DNA of 64,000 nucleotides from Candidatus Micrarchaeia archaeon (GTDB taxonomy: Archaea; Micrarchaeota; Micrarchaeia; CABMEP01): contig JAVZXS010000001.1 of assembly GCA_038886535.1 (NCBI GenBank), positions 180,636 to 244,635 of the forward strand, in the 5' to 3' direction. How positions within the stretch are numbered: the first letter of the stretch is position 1; every line of letters starts with the position of its first letter. The notes beneath the pieces are model-generated. The model did not search any database. It was not told the origin of the DNA and saw nothing but the letters and a program-made list of their open reading frames with translations. The position numbers and the translations under genes are program-made. Shown here in pieces: positions 39,012 to 50,088 of the stretch.

Positions 39012-41054
39012 ATGATTCAACCAGATCTTTCTCCAATAACTCAAAAATTCGAAGAATTCTTTACAGACAAATATAGTAAGGAGTTTCAGATCTTGAAGAA
39101 TCTTTATCCGGAGAAAAGAAGTTTTTATTTTTCATATAAAGAATTGCACAAATATGACCATGAATTCGCAGAGAAATTAATTGACAATCCAGATACATAT
39201 TTAAAGGCAGCAGAATTAGCTCTCATTTCTATGGCTGGAGAAGAAAAGAAAAACTTTGAACCTCATGCGAGAGTTGAAGAAGTTGAGACAGCTGAAAAAA
39301 CAGTTCTAATTCAAGACATAGGATCAGAACATATTCATAAATTGATAAGTGTAACAGGTGTGGTAACAAAACGTGCAGAAATAAGACCAAAAGTGAATGT
39401 TGCAATTTATAATTGTACAAACTGTGGAAATACTGAGAAGGTTGTAATGGAGAAAGGAGTATATATTCCAGATACATGTAGCAACTGTAGAAAAAGAACT
39501 CTTGAACTTGATGAAAAAGCCTCAAAATTTATGAATATTCAGCGTGCAGAAATACAAGAACTTCTTGAAAGAGTAAGGAGCGGTTCTCCAGCAAGCCATA
39601 TCGAGCTTTTCTTAGATGATGATCTTTGTAATACAATAATCCCTGGGGATACAATTGAAGTTGTAGGAATTGTAAGATTAAGGCACGTAGGTAAGGCAAA
39701 AGATCCTATCTATTCAAAGTATATAGATGTAGTTTCAATAAGAAATACTCAAAGAGAATTTGAAGAAGTTGAATTGACAAAAGAAGATATTAAAAAAATA
39801 CAGGAATTTGCAAGGCAACCTAATGTATTTGAGATAATAACTAACTCAATTGCTCCTTCAATTTATGGTCATAGAGAGATGAAGCAAGCAATTGCACTTC
39901 AATTATTTGGAGGGAATCCAGATAAAGTTCTTCCAGAAGGTGGAAGAATAAGAAGTGACATCCATATATTATTAATAGGAGATCCTGGTGCTGCAAAGAC
40001 AAGGATGCTTCAATATGTGACTTCATTGGCACCTAAGAGCATTTATGTAAGTGGTAAGTCGGTATCAGGGGTAGGTCTTACTGCGAGTGCAGAGAAAGAC
40101 GATTTAGGAGAGGGCTGGACGCTCAAGGCAGGAGCATTAGTCCTTGCATCAGGAGGTCTTGCAGCTGTCGATGAGTTTGATAAAATAGACGATACAGAAA
40201 GAGCAGCTCTCCATGAAGTAATGGAGTCTGGAACCGTTTCAATAGCAAAAGCAGGAATTGTTGCTAAGTTCAAGGCAAAAACATCAATTCTTGCAGCTGC
40301 AAATCCTAAATTCGGAAGATTTGATCCTAATCAGCTTATTGCAATTCAATTCGATATTCCACCAACTCTTCAAAGTAGATTTGATTTAATATTTCCAATT
40401 AGAGATGTAATAGATGAGAATTCAGATAGAAAATTAGCAAGATACCTTTTAGAAACACACAAAAATGCAGCAGAGAATATAATTCCAGAGTCTAAAGAAG
40501 AAAAAGTTGATACTGATTTCTTGAGGAAGTATATTGCTTACGCACGGAAAAACATCAAGCCTAAACTATCACCAGAAGCTCAGAATAGGATCGAGTCATT
40601 TTATGTTCAATTAAGAGAGATGGGTAAAAGACAGGGTGCAGTTCCAATTACTCCGCGTCAAATTGAAGGTATAATTCGTTTAAGCGAGGCAAGTGCAAAG
40701 TCAAGGCTGTCTGAAGTTGTTGAGCTTAGAGACGCAGAGCTTGCAATTAGCTTAATGGAATATGTACTAAAAGAGATTGCTTTGGATAGAAGCACAGGTG
40801 CAATCAACATAGATATAATTGCAACAGGTCAACCTAAATCAAAACAGCAACAGTACTATGATTTATATGGTGCTATGAGGGAATTAAGCAAGCAATTTGA
40901 TCCAATACCTAAAGAAAAAATATACGAAGAAGGAATTAACAACCTGAAGCTTGAAGAAAGAACAATAAGAATGATTTTGGATGAAATGCTTAAGAAAGGA
41001 GAGATCTTTGAACCTAAGCCAGGCCACTTTAAGATAGTGCACACGTATGAATAA
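39012..41054 (+). CDS. mcm: MCM replicative helicase (no intein)
   Basis: Zn finger CTNC...CSNC, GDPGAAKT, AVDEFDK, AAANPKFGRF, QSRFDLIF. Confidence 0.97.
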   Translation: MIQPDLSPITQKFEEFFTDKYSKEFQILKNLYPEKRSFYFSYKELHKYDHEFAEKLIDNPDTYLKAAELALISMAGEEKKNFEPHARVEEVETAEKTVLIQDIGSEHIHKLISVTGVVTKRAEIRPKVNVAIYNCTNCGNTEKVVMEKGVYIPDTCSNCRKRTLELDEKASKFMNIQRAEIQELLERVRSGSPASHIELFLDDDLCNTIIPGDTIEVVGIVRLRHVGKAKDPIYSKYIDVVSIRNTQREFEEVELTKEDIKKIQEFARQPNVFEIITNSIAPSIYGHREMKQAIALQLFGGNPDKVLPEGGRIRSDIHILLIGDPGAAKTRMLQYVTSLAPKSIYVSGKSVSGVGLTASAEKDDLGEGWTLKAGALVLASGGLAAVDEFDKIDDTERAALHEVMESGTVSIAKAGIVAKFKAKTSILAAANPKFGRFDPNQLIAIQFDIPPTLQSRFDLIFPIRDVIDENSDRKLARYLLETHKNAAENIIPESKEEKVDTDFLRKYIAYARKNIKPKLSPEAQNRIESFYVQLREMGKRQGAVPITPRQIEGIIRLSEASAKSRLSEVVELRDAELAISLMEYVLKEIALDRSTGAINIDIIATGQPKSKQQQYYDLYGAMRELSKQFDPIPKEKIYEEGINNLKLEERTIRMILDEMLKKGEIFEPKPGHFKIVHTYE

Positions 41055-41170
41055 CTAATCTAACAATTGATATGCTTCTAATTTTGAATATTATTTTAAA
41101 TTTATCATTTCAAATAAAAAATAAGAGAATAATATGAGTTAATGTCAGATTAATTATTTAAGTGATTAGA

Positions 41171-42052
41171 ATGAAGGCATTAGATATTGTTTTGATTTTG
41201 TTTCTGTTGGCGCAGCTAATTTCGTTAGGCGTTGGCGTTCTTCTTATTGAGGGAGCGAAAACAAATCCGGCTCTTTCTGCATTGAACATTGCTCCAGACG
41301 AATCTTATTCAATATCAAATTCGTTCTATCTTTTAATCTCAATTCTTATAGGTGCAGCTTTGATACTAATTCTATTATTAATGCCTTTCAAAAAATACTT
41401 GATACTCATAGTTGAATTTATCTCAGCTATGTTTGCTTCATTCGTCGTCTTTTTCGTTTTCCTATCTGCATTTAATATAAGCTATGCAGATTTTATAGCA
41501 CTTATACTTTCTTTATTATTGTTTATATTAAGGATGGTTTTCATTTCTTTCAGGAATCTTCTTGCAATAATTGCGGCAGCAGGCATAGGTGCAGTGATCG
41601 CATTCTCAATTGATCCGATTCCTTTATTTATATTCGTTATCTTACTTGCAATTTATGATATACTCGCTGTAAGATGGACGAAGCATATGGTAAAGTTCGC
41701 CCAGTACTTTATGAAAGAGAAGACATCTTTTTCAATTGGATTTGAAGGAATAAGACAAATAAAGGTCAGGGAAGAAGGAAAGATAATAACTAAGGAACAG
41801 CCTTGGCATATCGAACTGGGAACAGGTGATGCTGCTGTTGCGTCCATGATAACAGTAGTATCTTATAAGCTTGGAGGCTTAATCTTTCCAACTGTTTCAA
41901 TGCTTGCTGCAACATTTGGACTTTATCTAGTTTTTGTTAATGCAGCCAGAAGGAAAGAGATAATGCCAGCCCTACCATTCATTGTTGGAGCATCACTCAT
42001 TGCAATATTAATAGTTTCAGGATTGCTGAGTATATTAAATATATCTTTTTAA
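41171..42052 (+). CDS. Presenilin-family (A22) intramembrane aspartyl protease
   Basis: AIYD, ELGTGD and PALP motifs in a polytopic membrane protein. Confidence 0.9.
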   Translation: MKALDIVLILFLLAQLISLGVGVLLIEGAKTNPALSALNIAPDESYSISNSFYLLISILIGAALILILLLMPFKKYLILIVEFISAMFASFVVFFVFLSAFNISYADFIALILSLLLFILRMVFISFRNLLAIIAAAGIGAVIAFSIDPIPLFIFVILLAIYDILAVRWTKHMVKFAQYFMKEKTSFSIGFEGIRQIKVREEGKIITKEQPWHIELGTGDAAVASMITVVSYKLGGLIFPTVSMLAATFGLYLVFVNAARRKEIMPALPFIVGASLIAILIVSGLLSILNISF

Positions 42053-42151
42053 TTTACTTTGCTTAAATAAATGCAGCAGCACGGTAAGGCTTATTCTTTA
42101 TAAACCTTCATAACAATATTATAATACTGTAAATATTTAGTTTGTGATTTT

Positions 42152-42574
42152 ATGAGCATCGATGTAAATGATTATGAAAAATTGCTAGATAAGGCATATT
42201 CAGAACTTCCAGAAAAAAGAGTTACAAAAGAACGTTTAGAAATTCCACTTCCAGAGACGCTTGTTCAAGGAAATAGGACTATAGTAAAGAATTTTGAATC
42301 AATAACCAACAAGATGAGAAGAGATCCAAGGCATGTTGGAAAGTTCCTTGCAAAGGAATTGGCAACAAGTTTTAATATAGAAGGAGGAAAGCTTGTCTTA
42401 AATACAAAAGTTAATGATAAGCTCTTAAATGAAAAGCTCAAGCAATACATGGAGATATTCCTCTACTGCAAGCAATGCAAGCTTCCAGATACAAGGTTAG
42501 AAGAGGTTGAAAGAGGCCTTATGTTAATGGTTTGCGAAGCATGCGGTGCTCGTTCGTCAGTTCCAAAAGTCTGA
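42152..42574 (+). CDS. eif2b: Translation initiation factor aIF2 beta
   Basis: YEKLLDKAY, GNRTIVKNF, CKQCKLPDT, CEACGA. Confidence 0.96.
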   Translation: MSIDVNDYEKLLDKAYSELPEKRVTKERLEIPLPETLVQGNRTIVKNFESITNKMRRDPRHVGKFLAKELATSFNIEGGKLVLNTKVNDKLLNEKLKQYMEIFLYCKQCKLPDTRLEEVERGLMLMVCEACGARSSVPKV

Positions 42575-42617
42575 TTAATTATATTTATTAGTTTATTTCA
42601 TTTAATATGGTGGTTTA

Positions 42618-42923
42618 TTGACAGAACAAAATCAAGGAGAACAGGTACTTAGAGTTAGAACGCCTAAAGATAAGGAGGTTTTGGGCCTTATTATCGGAAG
42701 AGTAGGTGGAAGTAGATTCATAGTGTTATGCTCAGATAAGAAAGAAAGACTTTGCAGGGTGCCAGGAAAAATAAAACATGACATCTGGGTTAAGGAAGGG
42801 GATTATGTTATAGTAGAGCCATGGGCAATTGAGAGCGATAAGAAAGGAGACATAATTTGGAGATATACAAAGATTCAAGCAGATTGGCTTAGAAGACACG
42901 GATTTTTGAAGGATCTCGAATAA
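42618..42923 (+). CDS. eif1a: Translation initiation factor aIF1A
   Basis: RLCRVPGK, IWVKEGDYVIVEPW, KGDIIWRY; TTG start after GGTGGT. Confidence 0.96.
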   Translation: MTEQNQGEQVLRVRTPKDKEVLGLIIGRVGGSRFIVLCSDKKERLCRVPGKIKHDIWVKEGDYVIVEPWAIESDKKGDIIWRYTKIQADWLRRHGFLKDLE

Positions 42924-42957
42924 TCTCATATCTTTGTTTCCTATTGTTAGATTTGGG

Positions 42958-43767
42958 ATGATTATGCCTCTTGATGAATTCGAATTTTTAGATAAGGCAA
43001 TAAAAGCAAAGAAAGAAAAGAAAAAGATCGAGAGTGAAGTTTTTGATCCGAAGGTTTTAGACATCTTGATTCATCTTTTAAATAACAAGTATATAGAGAG
43101 CATAGACTTTCCAATTTCAAAAGGAAAGGAAGCATATGTTTTCAGAGCAACTAAGGGAAGCAAACTCCTGAATCAAGATTTAAAGAAGAAAAAGTCTAAG
43201 TTTGCTGCTTTAAAGATATATATGATAGAAACATCTGACTTTAAGCACATGCAGAATTATATAAGAGGGGATCCAAGATTTAGAAAAGTACCGCATTCCA
43301 AGAAAGAGATAGTATATGAATGGACTAAAAAGGAATTTAGGAATCTAAGACTTTGCTATGAAGAGGGAATAAGTGTTCCAGAGCCATATTACTTTAGAAA
43401 TAATGTTCTTTTAATGGATTTTATAGGAGATGAAAACGGCACTCCAGCCCCTTTGCTTAAAAAAGTAGGACCGCCAGAGCCAAAGAAAAATTTCAATCAA
43501 ATAATAAAGGAAATAAAGAAGCTTTATTCGATTGGACTTGTACACAGTGATCTAAGCGAATACAACATTCTTGTAACTACAGATTCAGAAGGGAAAAAAA
43601 GTAAGCTACATATAATAGATGTGGGACAAACTGTGTTATTAGATCATCCAATGGCTAACGAATTTTTTGAAAGGGATATTAGAAATCTAGTAAGATATTT
43701 CTCAGAATTTGGTGTTAAGGCAGATGCAGATAAAATAATAAAAGAGATAAAAGAAACAAAAAGATAG
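42958..43767 (+). CDS. rio1: RIO1-family protein kinase
   Basis: SKGKEAYVF, ALKIY, KEFRNL, VHSDLSEYNIL, IIDVGQ; follows aIF1A as in the usual archaeal gene order. Confidence 0.93.
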   Translation: MIMPLDEFEFLDKAIKAKKEKKKIESEVFDPKVLDILIHLLNNKYIESIDFPISKGKEAYVFRATKGSKLLNQDLKKKKSKFAALKIYMIETSDFKHMQNYIRGDPRFRKVPHSKKEIVYEWTKKEFRNLRLCYEEGISVPEPYYFRNNVLLMDFIGDENGTPAPLLKKVGPPEPKKNFNQIIKEIKKLYSIGLVHSDLSEYNILVTTDSEGKKSKLHIIDVGQTVLLDHPMANEFFERDIRNLVRYFSEFGVKADADKIIKEIKETKR

Positions 43768-43782
43768 TTTTTAGTTATTTCT

Positions 43783-44103
43783 TTATTTTTTTAACCTCAT
43801 TATTGCCTCTGCAACATCACCATTACTTTCTTCTAACGCCTTCCTTGCGGTTTCTTCATCTACTCCCGCTTGATTAGATACTAATTCTATATCTTCTTTT
43901 GACACCATCATTTCTTCTTTTATTTCTTCAGCACTTATCTGGAAAGAGATATCTCCTTTTGCATTTATCTTTATTATTTTTGGATTGTTAAGAATTATCT
44001 TTTTGTCATCCTGTTCAATTATAACTCGATTTGCAGATATTTCTTCCGTATCAATTCCCATCTGTTTCATCATTCTTTGAAGTTGTCTTGGATCTATTTG
44101 CAT
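43783..44103 (-). CDS. nac: Nascent polypeptide-associated complex protein
   Basis: DPRQLQRMMKQMGI; UBA-like EDIELV...ARKALEESNGDVAEAIM. Confidence 0.95.
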   Translation of the reverse strand: MQIDPRQLQRMMKQMGIDTEEISANRVIIEQDDKKIILNNPKIIKINAKGDISFQISAEEIKEEMMVSKEDIELVSNQAGVDEETARKALEESNGDVAEAIMRLKK

Positions 44104-44181
44104 ATAATCACTTGCTTATAAATTATTTATGAAGGTTAAAAAACTTTTACTCTTATTTATATAGTATCAATTCTTTTTGTT

Positions 44182-44252
44182 GCCAGGTTGGCAGAGCGGC
44201 GATGCACCCGCCTGCAGAGCGGGAAAGGGGGGTTCGACTCCCTCACCTGGCT
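44182..44252 (+). tRNA. tRNA-Cys (GCA)
   Basis: GCCAGGTTGGCAGAGCGGCGATGCACCCGCCTGCAGAGCGGGAAAGGGGGGTTCGACTCCCTCACCTGGCT; U73 discriminator. Confidence 0.93.
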
Positions 44253-44295
44253 TTTTCTTCTTGTAAGTTACTCAATTTATTCTATAGGTTTAGTT

Positions 44296-44619
44296 ATGGA
44301 AAAAGAGATGAATCACGTTTCAAACAAAATAAAAGCTAGAATAATAGTTTCTGGTTCTGTTCAGGGCGTAGGATACCGATTTAGGACAGCAAGGCAAGCT
44401 CGAAAATTAGGAATAAGAGGTTTTGTAAGAAATCTAGATAATAATGATGTTGAGATTTTTTGTGAAGCCGATTCAAAGGAGCAGTTCGATGAATTTATAA
44501 GACAGATTTCTTTGAATGAATTTTTAATAGTAGTCGAAGAAGTTAAGGTTTTCTTTCCTTCAGATAAAAATTATATCGATTATAAGTTAAAAGAAGATCT
44601 ATTCTACATTGAATACTGA
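44296..44619 (+). CDS. acyP: Acylphosphatase
   Basis: VSGSVQGVGYR, GFVRNL. The ORF-track start (44188) lies inside tRNA-Cys, so the start was moved to ATG 44296. Confidence 0.92.
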   Translation: MEKEMNHVSNKIKARIIVSGSVQGVGYRFRTARQARKLGIRGFVRNLDNNDVEIFCEADSKEQFDEFIRQISLNEFLIVVEEVKVFFPSDKNYIDYKLKEDLFYIEY

Positions 44620-44702
44620 TTTTTTTTAATTATAATACCCGAAAAGTTTTTATATGTGTTTTGTTTCTTTATCAGTGTTATTTAAATTTTAGTGGTGGTA
44701 AG

Positions 44703-45539
44703 ATGGAAAACTTTAAAAAGGTAAAAGAGGAGAGATCTGAAAAAGAGATTGAATCATTTAAAGACATGAAAAAAGATGACATCTCTAAAATAGAGGATTA
44801 TGATGAAAAAAGAGATCAAAAGCTGTGGGACTTCTATTACGCAATTGTAGACAATGATATAAAAACGATAAAGGAATTTTTAAAGGAAGGTTTTAGTCCT
44901 AATGAAGAACTTCCATTTCCATCAGAAAATACAGTATTCTTTGAATCCCTTCCTTATGTGTCTTTGGAAGCACTTGAAATTCTGTACAATCATGGAGCAC
45001 AAGTTGTAGAATATGATTCTGACGGAAACGTTTTTCATACAGCTTTTCAAGAATTGATAGCTTTAGACAGACCCGAAATAATTGAAAAATTGATTGATTT
45101 AGGTGCAGATTGGAAGGTTAAGAATTTGGGTTGCTCAATGTTATATTATGCATCTAGCTCCGCAAGTTCTCTAAAGGTATTTCTTGAGAAAACAGATCTT
45201 GATGTAAACGAAGAAGCAGAAGATGGCACTACCCCAATTTACATGGCAGCTGTTCATCATGATAGAGATGCAATTAAGATGCTATTAGAACACGGTGCTT
45301 TAATAAACAAACAAGATAAAAATGGATTCACTGCTTTGCACCATATCTTCAAATCTGATGATTTAAGAGATGAAAACAAAAGAATAGAAGCGATTAGGCT
45401 ACTTCTTGAAAATGGCGCAGATCCAAATATAAAATCAAATGAAGGCAAAACACCTCTTGATTATGCTATCGAAAATAAGTTTCTAGAAGAGGCAGAGGTT
45501 TTGCGAAATAAAGGCGCAAAATTAGGGAAAGAAATCTAA
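44703..45539 (+). CDS. Ankyrin-repeat protein
   Basis: GTTPIYMAA..LLEHGALIN, GFTALH..LLENGADPN, GKTPLDYA. Confidence 0.92.
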   Translation: MENFKKVKEERSEKEIESFKDMKKDDISKIEDYDEKRDQKLWDFYYAIVDNDIKTIKEFLKEGFSPNEELPFPSENTVFFESLPYVSLEALEILYNHGAQVVEYDSDGNVFHTAFQELIALDRPEIIEKLIDLGADWKVKNLGCSMLYYASSSASSLKVFLEKTDLDVNEEAEDGTTPIYMAAVHHDRDAIKMLLEHGALINKQDKNGFTALHHIFKSDDLRDENKRIEAIRLLLENGADPNIKSNEGKTPLDYAIENKFLEEAEVLRNKGAKLGKEI

Positions 45540-45590
45540 TTTTTCTATCATCTTTTTATATTTTTTTGCTCATTTTTTATTTGTGATCCT

Positions 45591-47006
45591 ATGCTAGTTT
45601 ATAATACATTATCAAGAAAACTTGAGCATTTCAAACCTTTGGAAGATAATCATGTAAAAATGTATTGTTGTGGCCCAACTGTATATAACTATGCTCATCT
45701 AGGAAATCTTCGTGCATTTACATTTTATGATGTAGTAAGAAGAACTTTAATCCATAAAGGATACAAACTCACTTTTGTGATGAATCTTACAGATGTCGAC
45801 GATAAAACAATAAAAGGTTCGCAGCAGGAGGGAATCTCTCTAAAAGAATTTACAGAAAGATACATCCAAATTTTCTTTAAGGATCTTGAGACATTGAACA
45901 TAAAGAAAGCAGATATCCATCCAAAGGCTACAGAACATATAAAAGAGATGGTAAATCTAATAAAAAGGTTGATGAATCTTGGAATTGCATACAAAGGCGC
46001 AGACGGTTCAATATATTATAAAGTTTCTGCATTTAAAGAATACGGTAAACTTTCTCATATGGATATTTCACAGCTTAAGGCAGGGGCCAGTGGAAGAGTA
46101 AGTGCAGACGAATATGCAAAAGACCAAGTTTTTGATTTTGCACTATGGAAGGCATGGACTCCTGAAGATGGAGATGTTTATTGGGATACTGAAATAGGAA
46201 GAGGGAGACCTGGTTGGCATATAGAATGTTCAGCAATGTCAATGAAGTACCTAGGAGAGTCTTTTGATATACATTGTGGGGGAGTCGATCTGATCTTTCC
46301 ACACCATGAAAATGAGATTGCACAGTCAGAGGGAGCAACAGGAAAGCCATTTGTAAAATATTGGCTACATAATGCACATATTCTCATAAATGGTCAAAAG
46401 ATGTCAAAGTCATTAGGTAATTTCTGGACCCTTAAAGATGTTCTTGATAAGGGAGTAAAGCCAGAAGCAGTTAGATTCCTATTCATTTCATCCCACTATA
46501 GGGAACAATTAAATCTCTCAATGGAAGCACTCGAAGCTGCACAGAATTCAGTCAATAGGATTTTTGAATTCATGCGAAACCTTGATCGAGTAAAGAATGA
46601 ATATAATAATCCAGATGTAAAGCAAATTATAGAAGACGCAAAGAATAAATTTGATATGGCATTGGAAAATGATTTCAATACTCCTCAAGCAATCGCAATA
46701 GTATTTGATTTTATCAAAGAAATAAATATTCTTATGAATGAAAAATTATTAGGAATCGATAATGCAAGAGAAGTAAAGAAGGCAATGTTTTATTTCGATG
46801 AGGTTTTAGGAATCCTTGACTATATGAAGAAAAAAGAAGAACAACTTCCTATTCCAAAGGAAGAAATTGAAAGATTAATACAAGAAAGAAATGAGGCAAG
46901 GAAGCAAAAAGATTTTGCTAAGGCAGATGAAATAAGAAATAAGCTTAAAGAAAAGGGAATCCTGCTTGATGATACTAAAGAAGGAACAGTTTGGAAACTC
47001 GCTTAA
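45591..47006 (+). CDS. cysS: Cysteinyl-tRNA synthetase
   Basis: [37 protein letters not shown]. Confidence 0.97.
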   Translation: MLVYNTLSRKLEHFKPLEDNHVKMYCCGPTVYNYAHLGNLRAFTFYDVVRRTLIHKGYKLTFVMNLTDVDDKTIKGSQQEGISLKEFTERYIQIFFKDLETLNIKKADIHPKATEHIKEMVNLIKRLMNLGIAYKGADGSIYYKVSAFKEYGKLSHMDISQLKAGASGRVSADEYAKDQVFDFALWKAWTPEDGDVYWDTEIGRGRPGWHIECSAMSMKYLGESFDIHCGGVDLIFPHHENEIAQSEGATGKPFVKYWLHNAHILINGQKMSKSLGNFWTLKDVLDKGVKPEAVRFLFISSHYREQLNLSMEALEAAQNSVNRIFEFMRNLDRVKNEYNNPDVKQIIEDAKNKFDMALENDFNTPQAIAIVFDFIKEINILMNEKLLGIDNAREVKKAMFYFDEVLGILDYMKKKEEQLPIPKEEIERLIQERNEARKQKDFAKADEIRNKLKEKGILLDDTKEGTVWKLA

Positions 47007-47081
47007 TCTATATTTTCGTTTTTTCGTTAGTTGCCGAATAGAGATAGAAATATTTATATATTTCATCTGATTGTTTTAATC

Positions 47082-48269
47082 ATGGGAATGTGGGAGTTCT
47101 TTAAGAAGAGAAAGGAACAAGAAAGATTAGACAAGAAAGATAGAGATCCATTCCAGAATAGGATTTCAGATTCAACTAATTTCAATACTAATTACTATAA
47201 TTTCGGCGTACCAAAAGAAGAGAGATATTATTTTTCAAATAATATTCCAACTCCAGAACAGATTGATTCTGTCAACTTAAATATACCGATAGATATTTCT
47301 AAAATGATAACCACATCTTCAACTCTTGATCATAGGATAGGTTCTATGATCCTTTCAAATATATTTTTAATTCCAAAAAATATGAAGAGAGTAGAAGATT
47401 CTTGGCCTTATTATCATGAAAACATTGAGACTAATAAGAAAATTCAGATAGAACTTATGGAAAGAAAAGCAAAGGAAGATCTAATTGCATTGAAGGGTAA
47501 GGGAAAGAAAGTAAGAAATCAATTCTATCAATTATTAAGAGAAAAAAGAGAGATCATGAATAACTATTATGAAGAATATTTAAAGATATTAAGTTCAAAT
47601 ATACAGAAAATAAGAGTAGAAATAATACCTATTGAAAAAGAAATTTCAGAATCAAAATACAAACTTAATGATATAAAACAGAAATTGAATGGAAATCGGG
47701 TAATGCAGTTGGAAAAGATCAAAGAATATAACCAGCTTTTAGATTCAAATGTTAAATCACTCACAAAAATAAAAGATGCCGTTAAAAATATTCTTTCTTT
47801 AAAGAAATTATGGCAGGCAGCACATATAGTTGCATCATATATAGTTGCATTTTTCGGTGCAACTGAATTGGTCAAGACAGAACAATTTAAATTATTTATC
47901 AAAGACAAACTAGCAAAATTTTCATTAGTTGGCGACTTTATATCAGCTAACTTTACCATAGTACAAGGTCTTGCTGCCGCATTAATCTTTTTAGTTACAG
48001 TTGGCATGTATGATAAATTTGTAATCGATTATCTAAAGAGAAGAGCTATTAAAAGAGAAATAAATGAATTAGCAAAGAAAGAAAGGGAATATACAGAGGA
48101 ACTTAATTCTATCGAACAAAAGATATCAGTACTAAAAGAAGAGAGAAATAATAAAGTAAAGTTAGAGATTCAAAGGACTGAACAAGATCTTGAATTTCTT
48201 TATGAAGAATACAAATCTCAAATGTCAGATATCCAAAAGCAGATGTCAGTGTTATTAAAAGAAGAATAG
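47082..48269 (+). CDS. Hypothetical coiled-coil protein with two hydrophobic segments
   Basis: Long heptad-rich helices flanking two hydrophobic stretches; start moved to ATG 47082. Confidence 0.75.
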   Translation: MGMWEFFKKRKEQERLDKKDRDPFQNRISDSTNFNTNYYNFGVPKEERYYFSNNIPTPEQIDSVNLNIPIDISKMITTSSTLDHRIGSMILSNIFLIPKNMKRVEDSWPYYHENIETNKKIQIELMERKAKEDLIALKGKGKKVRNQFYQLLREKREIMNNYYEEYLKILSSNIQKIRVEIIPIEKEISESKYKLNDIKQKLNGNRVMQLEKIKEYNQLLDSNVKSLTKIKDAVKNILSLKKLWQAAHIVASYIVAFFGATELVKTEQFKLFIKDKLAKFSLVGDFISANFTIVQGLAAALIFLVTVGMYDKFVIDYLKRRAIKREINELAKKEREYTEELNSIEQKISVLKEERNNKVKLEIQRTEQDLEFLYEEYKSQMSDIQKQMSVLLKEE

Positions 48270-48302
48270 CAAAAAATGTATAACAAAACTTTTATGCTTT
48301 GA

Positions 48303-49388
48303 TTAGATTTCAATATAGTCACTTATTTTTACTTCAGAAACATCTTTTTTCTTATTTTTATTTTTTAAATTAGAGATTTTTAACCCAATAAGTCTAATCT
48401 TTTTTTCAAATGGATAAAATTCAGATAATAGATTCAATCCTATTTTCTTTATATCCTCTTTTCTTTTTGAATACTGATCTAAAGTTATACTTCTTGTATG
48501 CGTTTCAAATCCTTTGAATCTCACTTTCAAAGTAACAGTTTTGAATTCTACATTCTCTTTTATACATTCATCTTGTAATTCACTACATATGGCATCAATC
48601 ACTTCAACTATCTCATCCATATTATCAGTATCTTTTTCAAAAGTATGTTCTCTGCTAAAAGATTTTGGAGAGTATTCAGTTATCAATTCAGAATCATCAA
48701 TTCCTCTTGCATAATAATATACATCTTCTCCAAATTTACCTAGCCATTCTTTTAATGTTAATTTACTAATCATCTTTAAGTCAGAGATCGTTTCTATATT
48801 TCTCTCTTTAAGAAATTCACTTGTCTTAGGTCCTATTCCAGGAATAACTCGCACGTTTAATGGATTTAAGAATTCGTCAACTTCATTTGGTTTTACTATA
48901 GTTAAACCATCTGGCTTATTGTAATCAGATGCAATTTTTGCAATTAATTTATTTGGTCCTATTCCGATCGAACAAGTTAAGCCCATTTTTCTTATTTCGT
49001 TTTTTATATTTTCTGTAATTTTCTTAGCATCTTCGTAATCGCCCGCGTGGCTTATATCAATATATGCTTCATCTATACTTGCTATTTCAATCTTGTTGCT
49101 GAATTTTTGCAATAATCTCATTACTTTATCTGAAATCTCTAAGTAGTATTCAAAGTCAACTGGAAGAAATATACATTGCGGACATTTACGATAAGCGATA
49201 GAGATAGGCATTCCTGATTTAATTCCGAATTTTCTTGCTTCATAAGAGGCAGTGCTCACGACACCTCTTCCTTTTCCTCCTTTTGGATCTGCACCTACGA
49301 TTATAGGCTTTCCTTTGAGCTCTGGTCTTCTCAATACTTCACATGCTGTAAAGAAACTATCCATATCTATATGCGCTATTATACGCAT
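48303..49388 (-). CDS. dinB: Y-family DNA polymerase IV (DinB/Dpo4)
   Basis: HIDMDSFF, SYEARKFG, SIDEAYID, AKIASD..KPDG. Confidence 0.96.
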   Translation of the reverse strand: MRIIAHIDMDSFFTACEVLRRPELKGKPIIVGADPKGGKGRGVVSTASYEARKFGIKSGMPISIAYRKCPQCIFLPVDFEYYLEISDKVMRLLQKFSNKIEIASIDEAYIDISHAGDYEDAKKITENIKNEIRKMGLTCSIGIGPNKLIAKIASDYNKPDGLTIVKPNEVDEFLNPLNVRVIPGIGPKTSEFLKERNIETISDLKMISKLTLKEWLGKFGEDVYYYARGIDDSELITEYSPKSFSREHTFEKDTDNMDEIVEVIDAICSELQDECIKENVEFKTVTLKVRFKGFETHTRSITLDQYSKRKEDIKKIGLNLLSEFYPFEKKIRLIGLKISNLKNKNKKKDVSEVKISDYIEI

Positions 49389-49399
49389 TTTTTCATCCT

Positions 49400-50002
49400 T
49401 TATCTAATCGCCTTTAGAATTCTTTGTATTGCACTTATATTAGATAAGATCGCGAGTATTATAATTAAATACTGAAAAATAGTCACATTAAACTGTGCTA
49501 TAATTAAACTTAAAGTGTAAAGTCCTACTCTCTCAGCTCTTTCAAGTATTCCGCCTCTAAGTTCCTTTTTTAACTTCTTTTCTGCTGCAGCTGATTTTAC
49601 ATATGTAGTTATCATAGATCCAAATAAAAACAAAAAGATCCACGCTTGAAAATCAAATATGATAGGTTGCCACTGGATAAATACGAGTGGAAATATAAAG
49701 AGAAATTCATTATACCTGTCAACTACAGTATCTAAAAACGCACCGAATCTAGTAACTTTTTTAGTTTTCCTTGCAACTGCACCATCAATCAAATCTATTA
49801 AGCCAGAAACAGTTATTAAAAATGCACCAACTAAAAAATATCTATTGATTATGGAAAGAAATGCTGTAATTGCAACAGCTAGAGATGCAATAGTCCAAGT
49901 GTTTGGAGATATATTTAATTTTGCAAAATTTATTCCTATCCATTCTCTAATTTTTTTAAGTGTTTTATTTTCAGATTTTTCAAAAAGCATTTTATCACTC
50001 AT
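49400..50002 (-). CDS. CDP-alcohol phosphatidyltransferase (archaetidylinositol-phosphate synthase-like)
   Basis: SPNTWT; DLIDGAVAR...FGAFLDTVVDR signature; YVKSAA; ERAER. Confidence 0.9.
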   Translation of the reverse strand: MSDKMLFEKSENKTLKKIREWIGINFAKLNISPNTWTIASLAVAITAFLSIINRYFLVGAFLITVSGLIDLIDGAVARKTKKVTRFGAFLDTVVDRYNEFLFIFPLVFIQWQPIIFDFQAWIFLFLFGSMITTYVKSAAAEKKLKKELRGGILERAERVGLYTLSLIIAQFNVTIFQYLIIILAILSNISAIQRILKAIR

Positions 50003-50088
50003 ATAACTAATAACATTCATTAAGATAGTGTTCACTAGAAATGAAGTTAGAAAAGAAATATAAAATGTTTCTTGTAAGAATTAATCTA

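Noticed and set aside
44188..44295. N-terminal extension of acylphosphatase in the ORF track
   Set aside because: Reads through tRNA-Cys; the real start is downstream.
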